A DNA stretch of 64,000 bases from Blepharisma stoltei ATCC 30299 (taxonomy: Eukaryota; Protista; Ciliophora). Location: assembly GCA_965603825.1 (NCBI GenBank), contig CBFDEM010000016.1:62001-126000 (forward strand). The letters are read 5' to 3'. Position numbers and translations under genes: made by a program. Of the stretch, positions 1 through 14,874 are shown one piece after another (within the stretch, counting starts at the first letter, position 1; every line of letters starts with the position of its first letter). A model generated the notes under the pieces. It was not told where the DNA came from, made no database searches, and saw nothing but the letters and a program-made list of their open reading frames with translations.

Positions 1-960
1 CTTATCAAATACGCAAGATGCTGCACCAGACCATCTTGGATTTTTTATAGAAGGCATCACTTTTCATCTGTCAAATTCTAGCATCTCTACTGAGCTTAAA
101 GCATCGCTTTGATAATGTCCACCAATTACAACAGGGCAGCCTTTAAAAAGAACACAGGAATGCCAATATCTTCCAACATTTAAACTTGGTTTAGACGAAA
201 ATTGGTTATTTTCAGTATCAAGAAGCAAGCATTGGTTTTCGTTTTCAGCTTTTTTGCCTCCAGTGATCATAATTTCATGAGGACTGACAAATAAAAAGCG
301 TGAATGGTGTTCAATATTATGATTCATATAAGAAACACTGCCAGATCTGTTAGCTCTTACAACTGCTTGATGGCCATCACTTTCGTTTTTGACATATATA
401 GAATATGCTGAATAAGTATTTAATAAGTAGCTAAAAAATGAAGTCTTTATTTTTACTTTTTCCCATAAGCCTTGGACTAATTGAATATCTACAATTTTTG
501 GAGGCTGGATTTCGTTTATAATATGTTCTGATTTGGAAATGTCATTTATCAAAATATATTCTAAAGGGCTATAAAAGCTTTTATTTATAACTGGCTCACT
601 TATTATTTTAATGATTTTTTCGCATTGATTTACGATAGAATCCATTTCTTTGGTCAGTCTTTTATTTGCTTTAAGAGCTTTTTTGATAATTCGTGAGTGT
701 TCTTGGACACTTTTTTCAGTTTCTGCATTGACTTCGACTATGATTTTTTCAGTTTCTAGTTTAACTTCGATTATTTTATTTAAAAGACTGCTATGAGCTT
801 CTGAATTGATAGGCTTAAGGAGTTGAGTGCTATGGAGTTCATGAGGACATGCTTGAGTGTGATTAAAGTAATCATTTTCGCATCAATAATAAGTTTGATT
901 ATTACAACTGCAAAATACTATAGGCTGTATTTGGCAACTTTGATTCGAGCACCGTGACAT
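1..960 (-). CDS. Zinc-finger (B-box-like) / coiled-coil / Kelch-repeat protein, 3' end runs off the window
   Basis: ATG at 960 is in frame with ORF 64..645. N-terminus MSRCSNQSCQIQPIVFCSCNNQTYY(TGA)CENDYFNH...CPHELH. Kelch GG motifs; TGA at 64-66 falls at the Kelch Trp (FDR-W-KVMPS). Confidence 0.75.
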
Positions 961-1050
961 GATATTTTTATTAAAAATTAATTTTTATAGATTGTTAATC
1001 AAAATATGATAATTATTAATAAGAAAAATCTTTATCATTATTATCTTTAT

Positions 1051-3294
1051 TTAATCATAAGAAACTCTTCTTTGTTCATTAATTCTCCATCTAGGAGGCG
1101 TTGGCGGTCTTTTTCTCAATGCATCTTCGCTTTCAATCCAGTTTGAGCCATATGGATTGTCTACAGGGTATATCAATTTTGGCTTAATTTCAAAATTTTT
1201 CTTAAAAAACAGCACAGCGCCCGCATTTTTGTGCCTCCCACAGTAGTCAGTTGCTGAAAAGACTGTAATTAGATCTCCTCCTGCAAATCTTTCGAACCCG
1301 TCCATAACGCATTCGTGAGCTCTTACAATTTTTGAGAGACCATTAGCATTTAAAAATTCTTTTACAATGTCAGGGCCGAATTTTACGATATTTCCAGTCC
1401 CATTAGGATCTCTTATAACATTAGCCTGGATTCCTATTTCTTGGTCAGAATCTGTAGGATCGCTCCACAAAATATCCACAACTAACTGTTGTTGGTCATT
1501 AGTAACTTCATGCACAACTTCTAATGGCCTTGGCAGCGCTTCAATTTGGTCTATTGTCCTTAATGTACTTCCAATCCCTCCATGCAGACATATCACTTTC
1601 TCTTCAATGACAGCTGCTAAAGGCAAATACTCAAAAAGCCTATTAATTCTCGCAAAAATACTTCTCGGGTCGTTTGGATCTTCTCCTATACGTATTTGGC
1701 ATTCCTCTGCAAACCCAAAGGTGTTGTTTATCCATTTATCTTCATGATTTCCTCGAATCATATGCATTTGGTTAGGATACTTGCATTTTAATGCCATTAA
1801 TAGACAAATTGTTTCTAATGAATGAGACCCTCGGTCTACAAAATCTCCTATAAATAAATAATCAAATCCATCAATATCTCCCCCATCTTTTTTCTTTTCT
1901 GAAGGACATCCATAAAGGTCAAAAAACCTCATTAAATCTGCATATTGGCCATGGACGTCTCCAAAAATTTTTATTGGGGCTCTTAGTCTGAGCACCATTG
2001 GCTGATTTTTTATGATGTTTTCACATTCTTCAGCAAGGGCTAAAATATGTTCTTTTCTGAAGCTAAATCTTGTGTTTGCAGGAGTGTTTCATTCAGATGG
2101 TCGCAGTAGGTGGTTTATGAAAATGTTATGCAAAGGGTTGCCTCTTTCTGTGGTAGATGTGATGACTGGGATAATCCCAGGCCGAGTTTTTGGGTCTTGG
2201 TCTGCTGGAGGTGGAGGCAATGGTCTGGATTCTTGAGGCTTTGGGGAGCTTCTTTGGCTGTTTTTTGGGACTAAATTATCGAAGCCAGCGAAAAGTTTTG
2301 ACGTGTCTACCCTTGTAATCACTGATGTAGGAATATTAGGAGTATCGTGCTCAAAACCTCCGTGGATATATAATAAAGTATCTAAGCTGATACAGGAGTG
2401 TCGAAAACGTAAAATTGAAGGAAAACGATACCATTCTGAGCTGTCAGTGTCATATACTTCAAGAGCTACACTTTCTCCGACCCTATTTGTTCGCCCTCCT
2501 ACTACAATCATAACGGAGTCTAAAAAGGTAGAAGTATGCTGATATCGAGGAGTTGGAAGAATTCCTCCAGGTTTATAAGGGGCCCGAACCCAATCCCAGC
2601 GACCATCACGATGTCGTCGAAGGCCCCATGAGTCATTTAATGCACTTTGATCTCCAGTCCTTCCACCAAAAATAACCATCATACCCGATGCAGAACCAGT
2701 CACACATAAAGCTGCTGAATGATAAACTCTTGCATTCGGTTGATCACCAATGATTTCTATCTTCTGCCATGAAAAAGGAGACCTTTCAACATTTAAGCAC
2801 CAAACATCATTTACTGTTTCTGAGCCGGTATTCCCAGCAAATAGCAGCAAATGAGGCTTAGAAAATAGCAGAGTGTGGCCATATCGTCTTCCAGGTGTTG
2901 TTCCTATAACAGGGACTATCATTCAGCTAGCAGCCGATTCCCCATTTCTAAGATCAAGTAGATATAAATCGTCACTTGCAAGACTTCCTCCACCTGTTGA
3001 GCCTCCATAGACTACAAGCTGCATATTTTCAACTATAGAAGATGCATGAGCTGCCCTAGGAGATGGCACTGACCCATTTGGATCCAGTTTCGTCCAAATT
3101 CTTGTAGCAAGATCAAGACAATATGTATCGCCAGTGATCGAATATTTTCCTGTATCTCCAGTTGCGCCTCCAAATAAAATTGCTTTAGATTTTGTAATTA
3201 AAGTTATTGTATGACCTGATTAGAAATCACCAAAGCGCGCTTGAGGGATATCACCACGAACTTCAAAATTTTCAGTGCCGGGATTGGTAGACAT
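1051..3294 (-). CDS. PPKL: Kelch-repeat PPP-family Ser/Thr phosphatase (BSU1/PPKL family)
   Basis: N-terminal Kelch repeats plus GDVHG, GDFVDRG and RGNHE motifs. ORFs join through TGA at 2923-2925 and 2089-2091 and one 15-nt intron (3216-3230). Ends TAA. Confidence 0.93.
3216..3230 (-). other. 15-nt intron gtgatttctaatcag
   Basis: Removal restores the Kelch motif PQARFGHT and deletes an in-frame TAA. Confidence 0.9.
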
Positions 3295-3891
3295 TTATTA
3301 TGTCACTTGAAATTCGAAGGAATTCGCAAATTTTCATTAAATAAGAGATTTATAGCATAGGAGTTCTTTAAAATCTGAAGGATTCAGTTTTATTTATAAA
3401 TGAGGAGACTCAGCAAGACTTTATTGTAGGTTAAAAGAAATATTTAAAAATTAAAAAGAAAATAAATTAAATTGGTGAGGTAATGATTATCATAAAGCAA
3501 CTTTACACAAAGAAATAATAAATAATCGTTATGCATTCTTATTAATATTATTATCAGTGCTACTTATAGTTAAATATTATAATTAATTCCTTTAATAGAT
3601 TTGCAAAATATTCTCCAATCTCCAACTTAGTCTGTATCTCTGTAATCTAAATTTTCAGAAATTTGTTTCCTATTTATATCGAATAAAATCCACTTTAAGA
3701 AGAATCAATTTCTTATTTAATTTTTCATTTCTTACAAAATCTTCATCGGCCTGCTATTAACCATGACAATACCCTTAATTATTTTAATTTTCACAAATTT
3801 CAATATTCCCAAATTTATTTTCTTATTACATTCCTCTGCAATTTAACTCCCAAAAAACTGATTTTCTAATCAAAAAATCTCAACTTTTAAA

Positions 3892-5767
<1,876 letters not shown>

Positions 5768-6293
5768 ATAAATTTTTTCGTGTATATAAAAACATTACTT
5801 AAATACAATAAAAAATTAAATTATAAGTAACGGAATAAGAAAAAAACACAGAAGGCGAAAATGATTTTTACCTCTAAATTGATGCACAACAATCTAGCAA
5901 AAATTAGCAAAAACGTATATTACTTGCTATAATCCTACTAACTTTTTTATTTATGATTTTTTAAGCCATATTAGATAATCATTTAACTTGATTTTCAAAA
6001 TAAGCAGCAATCACTTTAGCCGCTCGTTTACAATCTTCCTTAATATTCTTAATTTATCTTTTCATCCTCTTTTCTTCTAAATTCCGCAAAAAATCCATAA
6101 TTTTTTATATTTTTATTCCAAATAAATTTAAATCTATCAGAGCGTGCTTCTTTTTTATTCTCTCCTTTTCATAAAAAATTTAATGGCAGACTGAATGACC
6201 AATAACTGCTTCGTATTGTACTTCTATCAGTTTGGTGTCAATTTAATTTTCAATATTGAATTATCCTTCGATTAAGTTTTAATTAATGTATAA

Positions 6294-8525
6294 ATGAATG
6301 AGTCCAAGAAAAGAATAATCAAAAGAAGATATTCCGATACTTCTCTAATTGACTATCACATCACCTACCAAAAATTTCATCAAAGCACAAAAACAGAGGA
6401 TTACAAAGAGGTTGATGAATGATTTCCAATACGACAAACTACAGTGGAAAATGCAAATTATGTATTTACTTATTCAAGAATTATCCCTAAAAAGTCCCGA
6501 TTCATATTAAGTCCTGAAAGCATTTACAAAATTATTTTTGATGCAATTCATGGGCTTTTTATTATAATGCAGCTCATCACGATTCCTTATCTTATCTGTT
6601 TTGAGGACCCTGCTTACGCAGAATGGAGAAAGGTAAATGGGCTGCTTAACTTTTTATTTTACTTTGAGGTGCTTTTAAAATTCAACACAGCATTTTATGA
6701 AAACGGGCATTTAATTTGCACTAGGAGAGAAATCGCGATTAAGTATCTTAAGACTTGGCTGATATATGATATATTTGCTTGTTTCCCATTTGATGCTGTT
6801 TTTAAAAGAGAGTCTGATGAAGCTCAGAGGTCTCATGATTTTGGGCTATTTGAAGATGGCAGATTTATTGTATATATTCAAACTTTACAACTGCTAAGAT
6901 ATTTTAAATTGAAAGGAATAATCGATCACATATCAAACTTAGCCATAAATACTCGGGCTGACGAATGATTCAAATTCTTCAAATTATTTTTGATTGGAGC
7001 ACTGGTAAACCATTACACAGCATGCGCATGATATTATCTTTCATATCTAGACTCCTTTCACGTTCCAAAAACCTGAATAAAAGTGTCAACAGATTTGCGA
7101 GGCCCAACCGATTTAGTTGAATACTATTTTCAAGCTCTATATTTTGCAGCAACCACACTATTTACCATTGGGTATGGGGATGTTTTGCCTTATACAAAGT
7201 CTGAAAAATTTTTTTGTATAATTATTATGAGCACAGGAGTGCTGATTTTTTCATATATTGAAAGTAGAATCAGTCAAACTGTAGTTGAAAAATCTGAGGA
7301 AAGAGCTAAGCTTATGGAATATTTAGTAAATCTAAATAATTTTATGAAAACAAAGAAATTGCCTAGTTTACTTAAATATAAAGTTAGGACTTACATGGAT
7401 TATGTGAGGTCTTCAAAAGCTGACTCTGAGCTTAAAGAAATGGAAGTTTTAAAAATTCTCTCGCCTCCTCTTAGAGAAGATATTTTAGGAGTCACCAGAG
7501 GAAAGCAGCTACGAATATGCACAATTTTTCAGCAGTTATATGGTACAAAGCTGATAAATGAAATCAGCAAGCTTTTGCAGTTAAAAAATTTTGCACCTGA
7601 AGACATTCTTTTTAAACAAGGAGAAAATGAATCAATAATTTATTTTATTACATCTGGGATTGCAGAAATTTATCATGAAAAAACGAACACAGTTTTTAAA
7701 GAGCTGTCAGATAACACTTATTTTGGAGAAATTGGGTTTTTTACTCGACAAGTCAGAACAGCAAGTGCCCGTTGTGTGGCATTCTGTGATATGATGACCT
7801 TAAGCCGCGAAGAGCTTGACAGCCTAATCAAGTTAAAACCAGACGCTTTTCAAAGGACACTTTTATTGCAAACTTTATGCCAAAAAGACGACAAAACTCG
7901 ATATATCCCATTAGGCATAAATTGTTATTTATGCAACGAGTTAGGACACACCGCAATCAAATGTGACAAAATTGCAGAAAAATACAACCCCAGCAAAATG
8001 CGTGAAAAATGAATTAAGAAAAAAATGACCTCAAAAGTATTTAAATTATCAGAAGCAAAAGAATCATGTGGAAGGCGAAGAAAGCGAAAAGATGGCAAAC
8101 TGATCGCGACGCCTCTGAATTCAAGCGCTTCGTTCAGATCTCCTGAAGAATTATGAAAAGGTAATGACAACATGCTTTTACATATAAATACCCATCTTCA
8201 ACAGATATCAACTCGGCATCCAACCCAAAGAGGATTTGATAGTAAAAGAATGAACACCGTTGTACCAAATGGCATTGTGCCAAGAACCCAATCTTATTTA
8301 AATGTCCTTGATGATGACGATTTTAGTGATGACTCAGAAGAGGTTTGCAGTAGCAGATTTCTTAACTCAAGCAACCAGTCATTGTCAGCAAAGACAGACT
8401 CAGCTTTTTCAGATAAATACCTGATTGGATCAAGCTATAGAGAGAGACTATTATCATTCCCTGAAGCCCATCTTTCTGCAAATCTGCCTAATTTTGATCA
8501 TCTATATCAAGAATTTTGGTCATAA
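6294..8525 (+). CDS. Cyclic-nucleotide-binding-domain K+ channel (EAG/HCN-like) with CCHC knuckle
   Basis: Single frame through 6 TGA codons. TM segments, TIGYGD filter, CNBD (YFGEIG...RTASARC), then CYLCNELGHTAIKC. Ends TAA. Confidence 0.88.
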
Positions 8526-8761
8526 TAAATGCGAAATATTTATTAATGCTTTGAGGTTTGATATTTTTATACAAATTAGGTGGAGACAAGTGTAATTATT
8601 ATAAAGTTCAAAATTTAAGCTTTTTAAAGATAATTTTTCCTCGAAAGTTATTGTAATTAAATAAAATTAAATAAAGGCAAAAATTTCCCAGGAAAATCTT
8701 GATTTAAGTTTTTATGCAAGAAAAAATTAAATTCTTATTTAAATTTAAAAAAGCGACAAAA

Positions 8762-11700
8762 ATGTCAGACAAGAATCCAGCTAAAAAAGAGCCAGAACAG
8801 TCTGACACAAATGCAAAAGAAAAGCCTGAAAATGATATAAATGAAAATAATCAGCCCAGCAATATTCGTATGAAATTAGGAGACTACATGGTTCATATTT
8901 TCATTGAGCAAGGGCGCGCTTTAATGCCTCCTGGCGGTGCAGATACATCTGATCCTGTTATCGCAGTTACTGCTTTTAATCAACAAAAATCCACAAAGGC
9001 GCTAAACGATGTAGGTGGATCTTCAATTGTGTATTGAGGAGAGCATATTTTTATTGAAGGAAAAAATATCCATCCTGAAGAATTTAAAGATCAAAGGATC
9101 ACAATAGAAGTTCGTGATCACAATAAACTATGAAAAGATGCTTTATTAGGAGTTCATGAAATTGATATGGTCTACATATACTCACAAAAAGACCATGCAA
9201 TAATTCATAGATGGGTCGTCCTTTCAAATCCAGAAGATGAAAATTTTGACGTTGTCAGAGGATATTTAAAAATTGGGGTTTCTGTACTTTATGAAGATGA
9301 TAAAGCTGTTGATTTAGCAATAAGAGAAGATATGAGCATAAAAGATAAAGAAATGCTACTGCCTCCACATGTAAAACCAGTTACAGTACAATTGATAACT
9401 CAGATATTAAAAGCAGAAAGTTTACCTATCATGGATACAGGAGGGACCCTTGACGCATACTGCGTCGCAAGATTTGCGGGGGCTGAATCTAAAACAAGCA
9501 CACAAGCTGCAGACAAAGCTACACTCAGTGCATATTGATATGAAGAAATTTATTTACCTGTTTTGGTGCCATCTGTTACCAATACAATGTCATTGACATT
9601 TTGGGATTATGATAGCACAAGCGCAGACGATTTAGTAGGAAGTGTTATATTCAGCTTTGATAAAATCAAAAGAGGGCTTTATAAAGACTATTTTTGGGCA
9701 AATATATATGGCGCACCTCCTCTAGCTGAAGGTGAAGCTGCTGAATTCATGAACCATGTCCCTCAGCACGCATCTACATGAAGAGGCCGAGTTTTGCTTC
9801 GTCAATGAGTCGAAGATGGCGTTTCTGAAACTTACAAAAAAACCCAAAAAATTTCAGAACCTAACATCCAAATAAAAATCCGAGACACTTTTGAAGTCGG
9901 CCAAGAATTCGAAATTCGTGCCCAGATTCTCAGTGGAAACGCTTTACCATTCAAAAAAGGCAAATATTCTGTCGTTGTAAGCTGATCTGGTGTAGAATCA
10001 ATATCAAGTCTCCAGCAGACTGAAACCGCCTCAATTGACTGATATGAAACCCTAAAACGTCAAATCTGTATGGTCCCAAATTTAGCTGAAAAAGATTTGC
10101 CTGATGTTTTTATATATTTAGTATATGAAGACAAAAGAATTTGCTATGCCAGGATAAAACCATCAGCCTGTATAAATAAAAACTCTCAGGCAGAATGGGT
10201 ATCTTTAATTCCTGATAAATCTATCGGTAAAGTTAAAGAAAACTGAAAGGCTGGATTTTTAAGGGTAAGGATTTATATTGGGTTATTTGATAATGATAAT
10301 GATGAACTGAGAACTGGGAATTGGGACCAAAAATTAATTAAGCCAAAAATGGAGGATTGGGTGCTGCTTGCACATGTTTTTCAAGCTAGAGATTTGCCAG
10401 CTGCTGATGGGGTTGGACTTTCTGATCCTTATTTAGTCATTTATTGTGCAGGGGTGGAAGTTAGTACAAAAAATAAACCAAGAGAGCAAACTTTGAATCC
10501 GAGGTGATATGAAACTTTCCCAATGCAAATTAGGATACCTACAATTGAAGATGCACCACCTGTGATACTTTCAGTTTTTGATTATGATGTAATTTCAAAA
10601 GACGATATGATGGGACGAGCATTAATCAATCTATCTGATGCTTCCTTAAATACCGAAATTGTCGCCAGGCCTAAATGATATCCTATAAATCTCGGCACCC
10701 CAGAATCCGAAAAAGGTGCTATCCTCTGCTCATTTACCTTAGCTAGGCCAATGTCAGTGCCAAGATTTAACATCACTCCAAAATTTGTAGACAAAACAGT
10801 CGAAATAAATATTCTTGGACTAAGAGGCTTAAAGCCTGCTGTCGGCTTTTTGCCTGTCAAAAAAGCTTTTGTAAGAGTTGATTTAAATTCTTTAGAATTA
10901 CCTGAAGTGTCCCAAGGTGTCAAATTTTTGCAAACTCAGCCATTTGAAGGTGGCTCAGACCCTAATATAAATTCCACATTATCATTCCGTTGCAAAATAC
11001 CAGAAGATCCATTATACGCCCCAGTACTTACTTGTACAGTCTGTGACAATTTATTTGCTGGGCTCTCACAGCCGCTTATAGGGACTTTTAGCATTGATTT
11101 AGGGAAATATTCTTCCCAAAAGAGCCGAAAATCACAGCTGCTGCTAGACCAGTTTATGAGGGTGACTACAAATTTAACCCAAAATCGCCCTGGGATTGAA
11201 GAAGAAAAAATTTCTGTTGAGCCAAAATCTGCAAAAAACCAACCAGAAATCCTAGTCCCTCCTAAATTTGAAGCTGTTGACCTTAGTGACTATGCAGAAA
11301 CTGAAGCAAAACAGGATTTTAAACATTTAGTCCCTATAAAAGCTGCTAGAAGTGACGAATATATGTCCCCAAAAGGCTATTTTAATGTCAGCCAAGAAGA
11401 AGTCGAGCTAGAAATCAAAGAAGATTTTACGAAATTCAGCGAAAAAGTTATCACCATTGAAGATGCAGTAAATAATAACAAAATTGTTATCATGCCACAA
11501 TATAAAGAAAATAAGTCCAAAAAAATGATAGAAATCTATCCACCAAACCCTGATAATTATTTGTGTATAGGCTATAATCGTGAACAAAATGATGGGAAAA
11601 AGCATTATCGGTATTATTTGCATGATGAGCTGGAAAAAACGCCAGCTTTTCAACGGTCGGCGTTTGAAGAGTTTGATATTTTAAGGGGTGCAAGCAGAGG

Positions 11701-13075
11701 TGTTGATGAATTGCCTACATTGCATAGTACACATCAAGAAAAAGATGGCCAAAAATCGACTGTAGAATGTGTAGGAAAATTTAAAGCACTGATAAGGGTA
11801 ATTGATTATCCACCTAAGTGGCAACCGTTTGGATATCTGACAGGATTAATGGGGAATAAGGATTTTCCTGATGAAGATTCCGATTTTGAGACTATTGCAA
11901 GGACTTTATTGGTGAAAACCCAGTGTGTGGTAAGGGTTTATATAATTGATGCTATGAGCCTTGAACAAAAAGACGCTTTTAGTAAATCAGATCCTTATTT
12001 TAAGCTAAAACTCGGAGGAAGAGTAATAAATAACCGAGAGGAGCACCAAGAAGATGTATGTGACCCTAAGTTTTACAAATGCTATGACTTCGAGACAACA
12101 ATCCCCGGACAGTCTTTATTAAAATTGTCTATGTGGGATTATAATAAAGTATTCCCCGACTCTAAAATCGGTACCACCATTATCGATATTGAAGACCGAT
12201 TTTTCAACAAAACATGGCGATCCCTAAAAGAAGTCCCAATCGAAACCCGAGCTCTCTACCTAGCTGCTTCCCGGCGGCCTCAAGGCTACGTCCGTATGTG
12301 GGTCGAAATCCACTATAACACAATAATCCCTGACCCAGTCGACATAAGTCTCCGTCCTCCAGCTAGTTTTGAAGCTCGCCTTATTATCTGACGTTGCGAA
12401 GACGTCGAAAACATGGACTTTGAAGGAGTCAGCGACTTATTCGTCCGTGCCTGGATAAATCAAGAAAAAGACAAAGAAACAGACACCCACTACCGCTGCC
12501 AGCGCGGCAAAGGGTCATGAAACTGACGTATGAAATTCCCTATTTCGCTTCCCCAGCCTGAAAATACCGTCACAATTCAAATATGGGACCGTGATATTTT
12601 TTCTAGAAATGATTTTATAGCAGAAACTTCTTTTGAATTTAATGAATTAGCTGCAGCTGCTATTGAAGAAAATCGAAGAATTAAGAAAAAAGGCCCAGCA
12701 GAAGGGTGGAAGGATAGAGTTTTAAATGAGGAAAACGAAAAATTCTGGGTGAATTGTAAAAAAAGAGGAAAAGAGGGAGGATTTGAGGATGGAGGAAAGG
12801 TACTGATTAGTTTTGAATTGGTGCCAGAGATGAGGGCACAGGCCTGTCCTGTTGGAGAAGGAAGAAATGAGCCAAATGTTGATCCTAAATTGCCGCCACC
12901 AATAGGCAGGTTTGAATGGTCTTTGAATCCTCTAAAAATGATTAGCCAACTTTGTGGGCCTGAGTTTAAGATGAAAATTTGTCTTGCGATTTGTTGTGCA
13001 TTGTGCTGTATGGCGATGATTTTTGTGTTTCCGATGTTTATTTCGAGCGTTATGTCGAATTTAGTTACAAAATAA
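8762..13075 (+). CDS. Ferlin-family multi-C2-domain, tail-anchored protein
   Basis: Five ORF fragments share one frame, joined by about 13 TGA codons. Repeated C2 motifs (SDPY, WDYD, WDRD), LPDVFIYL, ETDTHYR, C-terminal TM helix. Alternative in-frame ATG at 8714. Confidence 0.9.
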
Positions 13076-13159
13076 CTTAAAATAATAAAATAATAATTTT
13101 TAAATTATTATTTCATGATTCTTAATAGGATTAGATTCTTTCTTATGTATTTTATTTAA

Positions 13160-14374
13160 CTATTGACTTAAGTATTTCTTCAACAGCTGTGTAACGTCTT
13201 GATAGAAATAAGTCATATTGCAAGAAAACATTAAACCCCCATGGTCATGAGGATACTCGTCATGATAAAACACTAATTTTTCTTTTTTTATTGACTCCTT
13301 CAACACAAGTGAGTCCTTTTGGGGCACAGCAAGGTCGTATTTTCCGTTAATTACAGCTAAAGGTGTTTCAATATCCATAAAGTTTATACTTGGAGGATTT
13401 GAACTTCCATATTTTTTTATATTTTCCTCAGGCCCGTAATCATAGAGTTTTGGATTTTTTGATTGATTATTGACTGCTTGGCGTCAGAATTTTAAATTTT
13501 TTATACTTGTCCCCCCTCTCATCCTATGATAATAAGTTCCCAAATGTTCAGGGAGGCCTGAATTTAGCTTAATATCATATAAATCATGAGCGATAAGTAT
13601 AGCAATTTCTGGAAAAGCTTGAATAAATTTTGTTAAAAATAAATCATCACTTCAGTCAGAGATCACATTAATCCCTATAACTTCACATAGAAAATGAAGC
13701 CAAGACGATGATAAAAATTGTATATATGGGCTCTCTGAAGTAAATATGCTTCCAGAAGTTCCTATTAAAACTCCCACAGCTAAATCATCTTTCATATGAG
13801 GGTAATATCCAAGCATTCACAAAATAGCGGCAGCGCCTTGACTATGCCCAACCATCCCTATCTTTTCATGTCCTGTGTGATTTTTAACAAAACTTACAAA
13901 TGCAGGGAGATCATATAATGCTATGTCAGGAAATGATCAATCTCAGTACTGTTCGTCTATAGTTGCATTTCAATATTTATGACCTCGGCTTAGATGGCTT
14001 CCTCTGCAGTTTCCGAGCCATATATCAAAATTTTGGTCTGCAAGAATAAAAGCTGGAGGATGGGCGCATTGGTTTACAATAAAGCAGTTAGCTGAATTGC
14101 TTAGCCCATGAATTAATAAAACAGGCGGTCCTGGATTTTTACCAGGAATTCGGTATAATGACAGAATATAATCATCATCAGTCGTCACAGTATATTTTTC
14201 AAAAGAATAATTATAAAATTTACAATGCTCTTCAAACGTAAAAGTTGCTTGCGGAGGAATATCAGTTTGCTCGATTTTATGAGATATTACTAGACAGATG
14301 CCAAATGGGATTAAGATTCATTTTAGAAAGGAAAAAATACGAAAAAGGTATACCCGGAGTTTTTGTTGGTCCAT
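13160..14374 (-). CDS. Acid/gastric lipase-like alpha/beta hydrolase
   Basis: VTTDDDYILSLYRIP, DIWLGNCRG, Y(TGA)D(TGA)SF, YDLPA, GHSQG nucleophile motif. 7 in-frame TGA. Ends TAG. Confidence 0.9.
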
Positions 14375-14874
14375 AATTATAGGCTATATCAGAAAATCCA
14401 AGAAAGGGTGGAAAGGAATAGGATATAAAAATTTTGAATTTTTGAGGACAATTGGAATAGGAAAAGAGCTAGAATAAGGAATGGAAGCTTTACTGTTATT
14501 TTTATAAGGGTTTAAAGAAGGATAACGAATGAAAAAGGTTATGCTAATTTTAATTAAAATAGCAAATGGAATGTTTGCGTACAAAAATACGATTTTTAAT
14601 GCAAAAAGAAACTTATTAAAGCATTTTTATAATAAAACCTGCTATTCGGAATCCTATTAATAATGCTATCTAAAAACTAAGCTATTCATTTTTTATCCAC
14701 TAAATTTTATTTCCTATTCCTTTTCTATACAATATTCCCGATTCTCACATAAGAAACTTTATTTTGAGTCATTTATAAAATCCAAAAAATAAATAATAAT
14801 CCAAATCTCACTATTTCATTATTCTGATCGTTATAATTTTCATATTGCAGAGATCAGAAATATGTAAAATAAAG

